Positions 1 through 10,800 of a stretch of DNA of 64,000 nt are shown in pieces. The position numbers and the translations under genes are program-made. Positions within the stretch are counted from its first letter, which is position 1. Each line of letters begins with the position of its first letter. The notes below the pieces were generated by a model, which saw only the letters and a list, made by a program, of their open reading frames with translations, did not search any database and had not been told where the DNA came from. The stretch covers positions 620,001 to 684,000 of the forward strand of contig JAYWIR010000003.1 in the NCBI GenBank assembly GCA_036172245.1, in the 5' to 3' direction. The stretch is from Raillietiella orientalis (lineage: Eukaryota).

Positions 1-187
1 TCCAGGATTTGGGAATTTGCGCTCGAGAGGCGCACGAGATCCTCGTGTGGCATTCCCTCGCTTTTTTGTCCTTTTCTGACAGACGAACTTAGCAGCGCCC
101 ACGCTCCCGCGGGAACGCTCACCGCCACGGAATCCCCCCCCCCCTTTTTTTTTTCTTCTTTTCCTTTTTGTTTTTGTTTTCGCTCAC

Positions 188-522
188 CTTTTCTCAAGCC
201 AAACCGGAAAGCTTTCCTCTCTTTCCTACGCTTGAAACTTGAAGCGTTCCTTCAAGGAGGAGAAAAGAAAAAAAAAAAAACAGGAGAGACGCAGACGAAA
301 CGCTCTTTCGGCCGCGTCGCCGCTCGACGTCGTCCGTCGTCCCTGACGACGGCGGCGAAACGCGTGTGCCCGCTCGCCCTGCCCGCCTGTTGGGTCACGT
401 GTCCCGGCTAAGCATCATGAAGTCGCTCTCGGCGGCCGCCACGAGCCAGTTCCGCTTCCGGCCGATTTCCAAGGATTCGCTTTCGAATGGCGGTTCCGGT
501 TTGCCATATCTCCCAAGGAAAT
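188..522 (-). CDS. Putative coding exons (522-399 and 249-188) of an unidentified minus-strand gene
   Basis: 522-399 reads FLGRYGKPEPPFESESLEIGRKRNWLVAAAESDFMMLSRDT with strong G/C third-position bias. 249-188 has a pyrimidine tract plus AAG acceptor and an AAG|GTGAGC donor, and only the phase-compatible frame is open (NASSFKRRKERKAFRFGLRK). A plus-strand reading from ATG 417 is an alternative. Confidence 0.35.
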
Positions 523-526
523 CTCA

Positions 527-554
527 GTGTGTATGTGTGTGTGTGTGTGTGTGT
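527..554. repeat. (GT)n microsatellite
   Basis: GT dinucleotide run with one interruption, seen directly. Confidence 0.9.
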
Positions 555-3500
555 TGCAAAAAAAAATGCTTCGAAAACAGGCTCTCCCGATGAAATCAGT
601 TGCAATCGAATCTCCCTGAGTATGGCAACTAATGGAAATGTCATGTCACGTTGCGAGTCGAACGGCACGCCATCTCATGAAGAGACAGCGACAGAAATGG
701 TATGGAACGGAAGAATTCTCGAAACCATTTTCTGGATAAATGCTTTTCCTTGTTGTTGTTCCAAAGAGACTGAAGTCCAGTGAGTTGTAAACGTAATTTA
801 TGTTGGTATCGTATTCAAAAGCAAGGTGCTACGAGAAGCATTTTTCCGTCCTTTTTTTTTTTCTTCCTCTTTTTTGGAACCTTGACTGGCTGCTTTTGAT
901 CCTTATGTTTGGGTAGCCTTCCTTGTAGAAAGGGGAAACATAAAAGCAAAATTTAGCTTTTTCTGAAGACGAATAAATTGTTCAAAGAGAGGCGAATAAA
1001 TCAATATTGTATTCTGCATTTAAATCTGTTTAGAACCCGGTATGGCAAGGACGAGATGAGGAACAACAGATTGACTGGGGACGGGGGGAAGGGGAGAAAG
1101 GGCTGTGTGGGGTGATGTCTTTCTCGTGAATAAAAGATAAGCATTGGAAGGTTCCTACAAATCCTCTTTTGATAGGACGAGACTAACCGAAACATCATCT
1201 GGGAGCATCTACGAAGACAAAAAACGTGTTTATAAGTTAAAATTCTGTTTTGGTAAGTTGCCGCAGTGCCGTTGGCATGAAAACCGCAAGGCGTACTTTT
1301 TGCACGCATGCAAACGAAACGTTATTACTTGCATCGATTAGCAGCATGATAAAAAATGCATGCGGATGACGACCATGTCCGTGTGACCCGCTCCCATTGA
1401 TAAATTACCGAGTTTTCATTACCGATGACAGCAGCTGGAAGTAGTGATGACGCTGTGGCATTATCACTCCCTTAACGAAGGGGACAGTAGTGGCGGTAGC
1501 ACGAGTGGGGTCCAAGGAGGCCGTTAGCGAAGGAAAGCAGAAGGACGGTCTTTGGGTGTGCCATTCCGTTTTGCATAACGGCGGCTCTTCCTCCTCCATT
1601 GCCCCTCCCTCCGCGTCCCCAACTGGAAGGGACGGCAGGAGGGGGGGGGGGGAGAAGAAAAAGGAAAAAAAACAAAATGTATAAGAGAAACTCTGAGAGT
1701 GGTGGTGGCAGCACTGCGTTTCGGTTTTGATTTGTTCTCGAGTCCTCGCCCCGCTGCACTTGCGACGACGGCGCTCCCAATCGCCCCCCGCGCGCGCCCA
1801 CTCGAGTCTTCCAGCGTGGCACCATCGGACGACGACGAAGCAGCGGCGGGGCAGCATGCTCGATGCGACCTACTGCGCTCTCAGGGAATGGAGTCCCTAG
1901 TCTCGCTCGACCGGCAGCCGGGGTGCCCTCGGGGATATCGGCACCGCCGTCTCGGAACGAAACCGACGAGGGGGGAAAGGAGTGCGGGTGAGGGGGAGGA
2001 AGAGATGAACGAGGTTTCGGCAGCGCCTTCGACCTGCAAGGAGCAGGGAGCGACGGGCTCCATTGGGTTACCCTGCTCTCCGTCCCGAGCAGAGCAAGTG
2101 AGATCGCGACCTCTCTGAGCGACACGACCCACGCCCCCACGTTGCACTCATCATGCACGGCAGCACTGCTGCCTCCGCAGGAGGTACCCGCACGGTCTGG
2201 GATCCCTGCCAGTTGGCAGGGTGCCACGGTCGCGGAGGATCTCTTGAAACTCGTGCAGAGGGAGGTCGCGAGGTCGCCCTCTCCCCCTCCTCCTGGACCC
2301 CCCAGTGCGGAATCAAAGCGGGAGGGGAAGTGGACGAGGAAGAGACCATGGGGACGGGTGTGCTTTGCACTCCCGCTGGGATGTCGACCGGCCCCTCCCC
2401 TCGTCCCCGCGAACGCTGCGTTCTCGGGGAAGGGGGGAAGACGCTGCTGGTAGGCGGTGCGAAGGTTTCTCTTTCGACTGCAAGCCGCCCACAGGAGAGA
2501 AGGGACGGGAATCTCTGGGGAGAAGGACGGCAGGCTTTAGGGGGATGGGGGTCGCGGCGGTTTCGGGAAGCAGGAAGGGATCCCGGAGTGGTGACGGCGG
2601 AGAAAGCCACTTAGAGGGCGCGTCATCTGCCTTGCCTGTCAGGGTCCGATCGCGCGAATACGCTCGCGTGGTTTCTCAGGAGACGGCCATCGAGCTGAGG
2701 GTCCAGGGAACGGTGCCCTATGAAGGGATGAAGGAAAGAGAGGGAAGGGGATTCCTGGTTTCGTAGACGGAAGGGAGTTTTCGGAAGGATCTCGGTAGTA
2801 CCTCCTCTCTTGCGCTTGATCTCCCTGGAGGGCAGTAGCGGAGTGGTATGAGGCCCGCTGCACCGGGAAGCGCGGATGGCGGAGCGGTTGTCATGTGAGC
2901 TACTGCTGTTATCCTGTGCGTCGGGGCAGCGGCTGGGAAGCAGAAAGGCAGAGAAGCCGGACTCGTTGGGAAGCGCCGACGCCGCTGCCCCGGCAGTCGG
3001 GCCGGATGGACGTGGGGCATCTTCGGCGCCGTCGCCACGACTCACGGGATGCAGCAGTTGAGCTACTGCTCCGCCATCCGCCATCCATGGCAACTGCTGC
3101 GCCATCCGCGCTACCCGATGTGGAGGGCCTCATGAAGAAAGCTGCTCTCCCTTGACCCTCTCTCTCCTCCGCGAGCGAAGAACGGATCGGGCTGCTACGC
3201 TCTCCTCCTCACCCACTCCCCTCGTCCCTCAGAGCTCGAGACCCCGCCTTAGGAAGCATCGCAATCCCTTCCCTCCCTCCTCCCCCGCTCTTCTGTTTCA
3301 GGAGCTCGTCCCGCGAAGGTGCTCCCCGTACTTTCTGGAGAAGCGAACGCGTTACGAAAGGTCTTCCGCGGGGCCAGAAGAGCTCAGGACCCGCTACTCC
3401 CTTCATGGAGGGGCGTCGATAATCCAGGAAGGGAGCTTTCGAGGATGGAAGACACCCACCCTCCCGGGAAGAGGGCAGGTTTGCTCATGAAAAACCGACC

Positions 3501-4217
3501 GGGATGGACTCGGAGTGACTTCGACCAGTGCCCGGAAGGGTGGATTTCGAGAAGTGGGGGCAGACCGCCTGTGGCCCCGGAAGATGCCTCAACCGGAGGC
3601 AGATGGCGGGCGCCTCCCCTCCTTCCAGAAGGATGCAGGTGCCGCCTCCCCGGGAAGACAGGGAGATGGGTGGGAAGGTCAACTAAAGACGGGTCCCTTC
3701 CTGTGCCCATTTTCACCCCACCCCTTCCCTTTCTCTTACCTGCGTCAGAGAGGGTGGCGTCCTGGCAAGGGTCGTCTCTAGATGGCCGCCGTTTCCGTGG
3801 GAACCCTTCCTGCGGGAAGAGAGCCACCTGGAGAGGAGCCTGCGTCCCTTCCGTAGGCAGGACCACCTTGGGGTGGCAGAGTGGCCTCCGAGGAGCGAGG
3901 GGGCTCTGCAGCAGGCGCCGGTCGCAGTCCGCCCCTTCTGTCTCCGGGCATCCTCCGGCATCTCTTGAGGAGGGCGGGCAGGACGAAGGAGGGTGAGAGG
4001 GCGGGAAGGACAACTGGGAGGACCCACGGCGCGGGTCAAGGGGACAGGCGCGCCGCCTTCCTCTGCGGCTGCTCGCCGCGCGAGACCTCGGGAGAAGGCG
4101 GGAAACGGGGAAGGGGACCCGCTCCGGGACACATCCGGCCGCGGTTCCCCCGCATTCCCGAGGGGGGAGAAAGTGGAGAAGCAGGAGCGGCTTCCTGCTC
4201 CTCCCCTGCCCCGACAG

Positions 4218-4254
4218 TGTCCCGGAGCACCGACGATGTCCCGGAGCACCGACG
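4218..4254. repeat. Perfect 18-nt direct duplication with 19-nt period
   Basis: TGTCCCGGAGCACCGACG at 4218-4235 and 4237-4254. Confidence 0.9.
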
Positions 4255-7200
4255 TCCACTGTCGGCTCCCCCCTTCTGCTCGCTTCCGCTGCTCCTCCTG
4301 CGCGGCCCCGCCGCTCGCGCGCGCACCGTCTCCTGCAGGGACGTGCGCTTTCCCAACGACGCACTTGCCCCGCACGCTTCCCGGTCCCGGGAGGCGCGGA
4401 ATGGACCGGCCGGGGAAAATTCTTGCCTGGACGCCGCCGAACGGCGGGAAGGCGGGCGGGATCAATGCGCGTCCGGCGCCGCCGGCGCGCGCGTTCTGCG
4501 GTGGGGAAGGGGAGGAGGAGGGATAGGGGAGGAGGGAACAAGGGGCGCCTGCGCACACGGAATAAGCCGTAAGAGGCGCCGGCGCCGGCGCTAGTCCTCC
4601 TCTCGCCTTCTGGAGGCCCATCCCCCGAGGAGAGTTGGCAAGAGCGGGGCATCCGGTCGCTCGGGTGCGCAAGGAAAAGCGAGGACGGGAAGGAGGAGTA
4701 GAAGGGAGGAAGGATTAGGGATCCAAGAAGACACCTCCTTCCTTCCGCCTCGTGCACTCGAGAAGAAACCGCGAAGCCGGGACCAGGGAGCAGGCGATCG
4801 CCTGAATGGAGTCCCTGCCCATGCTTCACGACTGGAGTTTTTCTTTTTCCAGAGGAGGGGAGAGAGGGAGATGTGATGGAGGAAAGGCATTCCTTTCGAT
4901 CCCTCCGTAGGGATTCCCCCTTTCGGAGGGAAGGCCCCGAGAACTTTCTGACTGACCGCCTCCGGAGTCCCGCGTGCACCTCGTCAGGCACCGTGAGCGC
5001 TTTCAGAGAGAACCCTTTGGGAGCGCCACCTTTCTCTCTCCTTTCTTGTTCTGTAGAGGCGCAGATGCGGCTCCTGGATGCTCGAGGCACCATGGCGGGA
5101 AGGAGTGAGAAGAGTGTGCTATCCACCCCGCCTCCCTTGACCCTCTTCCCCTTCTCCCACAGAGGAGGGCAGGCCTCGGGGCACCTCTCAGGAAAGGATG
5201 GAAGAAGGTGCGGACGTCAGGAGGACATATCCATCGCCGTAGCTACTCTCCCGCTTATCATTCTGGGAGCATCCTTTCCCTTCCCTCCACTTCCCCCCTC
5301 CTCCCGTCTCTTCCGTCCCCGCCCGTCTTCTCGGCTTCCCGGCGTCTGCGTCAGTAATGCCGAGACGGGACCGCTGTAACACCCGGACGTATACCCTCTT
5401 TAACGGTCATCCCGAAGCCGACTGGCGGACGCGTTTTACGGCCGTCGGTCGCCATGGAAACGATGCATCTCGAGACTCTGCGCGGTCGGAAGGAGGCGCG
5501 GAAGCAGGTTCCCGTGCCTCGGAGAGGAGGCGATTCAGGCCCGGCCGACCAGGACGAGGAAGAGGAGGCACACGCGCAGGAACCGCGGGACTCTCAACCG
5601 CTCTCCCTTTCCCTGTCCATGCACCCTCCGCACTCGCCGCCGGGCTTGTCAGGAAATGCCCCCTCTCCTCTCCCCTCCCCCCTCCTTCTCCAAACGCGCC
5701 GCGTCGGCGCCCGACCGCCTCTTCTCTCTTCCTTCCTCCACCCGTTTCTACCCAAATGGTGTGTCTCCCCGGACCGATTCTCTGGGAGCTTGAAGAGAGG
5801 CGCCAGCCAGGCGGATCCTCGCGTGTCTTAGCAAAAGAGGGCAGGGAAGAGAGTAATAAGGAAGGGAGGAAGACGCCCTTCTGCTCCTCCCTTCCATTCA
5901 GGATTTCCTTCCTTCTCAGAAGCAACCGATCCTATCCGAATTTGTTTTTCCGCACGAGTCTTGGGGCTGCTGGTAAGCACGGTCTCCTACTGCAGCAGGT
6001 CCCCCTATTCTCTGCTTCCTTCTTGGATCTACTTCCCTGAGTGCTTCGAAGTTCCGCACTCTTTCTGCTGATTCGCCGGCACTGGAGCGCTTTTCTCTGA
6101 CCTCCCCTCCTTCCTCCTGTTCCTCTACACTTCGCGGTCCCTACCCATGGAGAGGTCTACGGTCCCTGGAATTGGGAGCTATAGATCCACGGTAGTCTTC
6201 CCTTGCTGCCTTCGAGGAGGGATCCTTTGGAAGTTGGGCAGGCTCCTCTGAGGGTTTTCTCCTTGGAGGGCTTGCTTTCCTTCGTTTACGGAAGCTGACT
6301 TGGACTTATCCCAACGAGTTCCCCGCAGCCACCAGTCGAAAATGAAGTCTTAAGCACTTAGGTTGCCTGAGAAGAGAAGACGATAGAAGGGACGTCGCCA
6401 CCCGCCACTGGACTTCCCTGTGATTTGGACAGGGTCCACCTAGTAGTTCTCAATGAAACCGGAGTGTCCGTGTTGACAAGCCTTGAATGCAAACTCCTCT
6501 TCAAGGAGACCGAGGGACAGCGGCGTCTCTTTGAGGCAGGGATACGACGCTCAGATGCTTCCACAAGTCACTCACCGCATCCCAAGCAGAAAAAGGCGGC
6601 GCTCAAGACTGCACGCTGGACCGGCATGCCCCTCCAACTCTCAGCGGAGGCATCGCGCGCCCCACTTTCTCCCACAGCGTCTCTTCGAGAGAAGGCGTGT
6701 CACGTGGCGGGGAAGCGCGAGCGGAGTGTCCTGCGGAGGCCGCGCTCGCCGCCGCTCACGGAAACGGAAGACGGTCCTACCGAGAGTCCCGGAAAGAAAG
6801 GAACGAGAGGGTGGGCGACGGGAAGGTCGCCTTGCGGTCAGTTGGTCCAGGGCTGGTCTTTTTTGTGGGCCGGGTCTGCGGTCTTTGCGGAACGGTCCGA
6901 CGGGAAGAGGACGTCCAGCCTCTTCCCCTCGATGTCTCAGGAAAGAGCTGAACAAGGAACGCGGGAAGGTGGGGAGAGATGCCGCTCGGCAGAGGTGCCG
7001 CTGAGGTCCCCAGGAGGGAAGCAATGCCTCAGTGGGCGGACGTGGGAAGAGATTCTCTCGTCCGGCTTGGGCGCCCCGACCTGCGAACGGGAGGTCTGGG
7101 GGCGTGCGGCCTTCCGTTTCGAACCTCGCACTCTGCAAACGGCTGCTGAGGGGGCGAAGAGGTGGAAGCTGTGGGGCGGAGGAGGAAGAGGAAGCGAGTT

Positions 7201-7397
7201 CCGGAGTGAGGGCGGCGGTTTCTTATTCAATTCAAGAGAGTCTGGTCAAGAGACTTAGTGGGGGGCGGCGATTTCTGAACTTCAGAATTTTCTTCCCGAA
7301 ATTTCGGTGCCGACTAAAAATGATGGATGATGGAAATCCTTTCTTTTCTGCCTTCGCAGTTCTTCGACACGGTTCCACGCCACCCGTGGGTGGGTAA

Positions 7398-7860
7398 TTC
7401 TTCAAGATAGGGGATAGCCCGGGAGGGATCCGTCCTATGAATCCAGGGAGGGCTCAGATTCCGTTCCTCACACGCCGGGGAAGAAATGGAAAGGGGGGAT
7501 GGGATCAGACCTCCACCCTGGTTGTCTCCGAAGGGGAACCCCGAAGGGAATCTCCTATTATCTATTCTTTCCGGAGGGACCCCCTAAAGGGATCCGCTCC
7601 ATTTTGTTCTTCTCCGAAGAGAACCCGGAAAGGATCCGCTCCTGGAATTTCTTCTCCGGAGGGATCTCCCGCAAGGGGTTCGCTCCTGTTTTCTCCTCTG
7701 AAGAGAACCCAGAAGGGGCGTTTCCGAAATTCAGAAGGACGCTGCTTCCCCGAAGGGATCGGCTCGCTTGTACACACTCTGTGGAGAGGTGGTGGCGACA
7801 CACCTACTCCATCAGTATGACTTGGAGGGTCCCCCCGTCACGGGGGGTCCGCTCCTTCAC
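7398..7860. repeat. Degenerate ~42-bp tandem repeat array, most units able to form a hairpin
   Basis: Units start at 7570, 7613, 7655 and 7697 (spacing 43/42/42), alternating TCCGGAGGGA and TC(C/T)GAAGAGAACCC types. Related copies at 7407-7438, 7532-7556, 7746-7767 and 7824-7855. Shared core CCC-loop-GGGATCCGCTCC. Confidence 0.8.
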
Positions 7861-10800
7861 AACCGGAGGAGAGCTCCCACTCCGTGATTCCTGGAAGGAC
7901 TCGAAGGTCGACTCCCATTTGTTCCGGCCCTCATCGGGGGCATCCGGTTTTAGCCGCTACCAGTGCCGCACCCGGATGAATGTAGGCCAACCAGCGTCAT
8001 ATTGCGGGATGAACTCAGAACCCACGACGCACTGCGTCGATTCAGTTCGGAGTATTCGAACCCGGGACGCTTGGTAATGCCACGCGCGGAGACCACTGTA
8101 ACCACGACCAAGAGACCACCAACCGACGCAGCTGTGTTGGCTGCAAAAGGATCGCGGGGAGCGGATGTTGTCTCCCTTGTATCACTGTGCAGTGGGCAAT
8201 CAGGAATGCGGGCTTTCGAACGCGTTCTGCAGAATTTGTTCTGGATTTCGGAGAAGGCTTGTGTCGCAGGCTTCACGCTTTTCGCTGCTAATACGGAGTC
8301 AGATCGAGTGGCACATTATCACACGGAGCAGTGCTGTAGGGTCAGGCCCTATCGCCTGAAAGCGTTCGTGCTTTATTCGATCGAATCTCTGGTGCATGTT
8401 CGAGATCAAACCATCATATTCGTAACCGAGTCATCGGAGTCAAGTCCTCGTATCAGAAGTGGAGACATGGATTACAGAAGCACCCGGGAAGGGGATGGCA
8501 GACTGGAGAAATGCTGTAGGGAGAGCAACGACCGATTGCTCTCTGCATGGAGTCCATGCAAATTTGCAAGCAAACCTGACTTCAGGGAGGTCAGGGTGTG
8601 TTCTTTAAACTGCGGCAGGATAGTGGTGCTCTGGAAACAAATTTGCATGTGTAGTAAATTCGATGGTTATTTCCCCTCTGGCCGTAAAAGATAACAAATG
8701 TGGTGGGATAATCGTGATCTGGTTTTCAAGAAACGCGTTCCCACAGAGCAAAAGGATTCCTAGAAACGAATCGCTCATACAAACTGCGAGGTGATAACAA
8801 AACTTTTTTGTGTTGATTTTTGATTTAGACGTCTAAAGAATTACAAAGAGAAAAAAAGAAAGGCGCAAGAATCCAATCCCCACTTATTCAAGAGATGAAT
8901 CACAGGAGCTTTTCAATCGCATCTGTGATTTCGTGTACGGTTGAGTTTGGCAAGGAATTTATAAGATCAACAAACGTGCACAAAAGTAGGCAACACAGCG
9001 GGATACGCTCTTGTTCCATACTCAGCAACATTGTGTATTCCAAGCACAGCCTTGAAACATTCGCTTCGAAATGTTAGAGAGTAAGGACAGGCAAGCGATT
9101 TTTGTCATGCGGAGTCTGCCGGGCACGCGCCCCCCCCAGAAAAAATGGAGCGGCAATGGACAACCATAAATGCGTATCTGTTACGAATTGAGACTGATCT
9201 CATGAATGATCAAGTTGATTCCCACTTGAATCAGCTAAGTATAAGGTTTCCATGAGCCGAAGCAGGCATGAGATCGTGAGATCGAGTTTTAAAAAAAGGG
9301 CTAATTTTTGGCCGTCGTGGATGCCGTGGAGATTCTTATTTCTTACTATCCGAGTGTGCTTCTTCACACTCTAACGGTGTTTTCATTTTGCATGGAACCA
9401 CGACGGAGAGGAACCCTTTTGTTTCGTTTAAGCAGCATCCGAGTGTTGTTGAGAAACTGAAGATGTTCCCCGCTTGGAATTGCATATGGAAAATCACCAG
9501 TCCGTTCGGCCACCGGAGTGACCGATCCGAACGGAATCGAATTGATCGCGGATTCCGATACCGCAGGTGAATTCCGAATAATCGAGAATTTCCAAAGTTT
9601 AAGGATTATCACCCGGTCGCGCCCCCGGGGCGTTTCTTTCGAAACCAGTCGAGGACAAAGTCCTCAACCAACAAAACAACAGAAAAAAACAGAGGAGCCA
9701 CCGGCACTCAGGCCGGGGAAACGAACAGTTCCAAAAGGGCGGGGGGGGGGGACAAGGAAACAACAACAGAGTTTAAAGAGGGGAGCCAAAATGTGGGAAA
9801 ATATCTAAAGAATTATTAAAAATCAATTCTATTTATTACTTATGCATATCAAGTCCTCGTACCAGTTTCCTCGTATGGATAGAGTTTTGCTTATTGAAAG
9901 TATCGCTTTTCAAATGACTGGTGTGTAACCCCAACAACCCGGTCATCTGACCACGCTATTGCAGCTTCGAATGCTCTCTGATTTTGTGAATTCTGAGACA
10001 AAATCTAAAAGCAAGAAAATGAAAAGAATGATAACTAATTATTAAATTCACTGACGTCTTTTTTCTCAACACGCAGGGAATCTCGAAAAGTTATTCATCT
10101 CGTGATACAGAAGCTCCTGGTGTGTCAGACACATTCATGTACATCTGTGTACATGAAATGCTTGATGCATGTACGTGTATGCTTGGTATTTTGGATAAAA
10201 TTGCACTCTGCGTTTGTTCTGCAGCGAATTTGTTCGTCTCCACCCGACAACCCACCAATCGGTTTTGTTTACATTTTCGATCTTCTTTTCATGTAGAAAA
10301 AATTGCATCTTCGTCGAATGTGAATCGTTCACACAAAGATCAATAAAATCTCAAAGTAGATCTTTTGCCAGGCCATAAAAAGAAAAAGCCAATTGTAAAT
10401 ATAAGCTAGAAGTAAAGACCAGTTGTTGACTTGATCAAGCATGCCAAGACGATGGGGGGAGAAGAAAAAAAAAAAAAAACGTTTTCCTCATGCCCATAAA
10501 CTGATTATGAAAAGAAATTTTCTAAACGATTATTCCATAAATCATTGCAATGCATTCACAGGGTAATTGCATTTGAGTACGTTCTCAGCTTATGCTTATC
10601 GGGAATTCCCCATCTTAAATCAGCATCCAGAAATATCTGGCCTGTACTGTACAGTGCACTCCACCTAATTGCATGGCGGTTAATTGCCCCGTCCGGTCGA
10701 TCGCACAGCCGCGATTCGCTCCCGTTCCCCGGGAGCGGAAGATTGGTCCAAGGAACTCGGGATAAATGCAAATCGCCTCATTCCATTAGATTTTCAGGCT

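Noticed and set aside
399..522. Resemblance of FRFRPISKDSL (+) to sodium-channel N-termini and of NWLVAAAESDF (-) to Sowah ankyrin proteins
   Set aside because: The matches are too short and no downstream channel or ankyrin sequence is visible.
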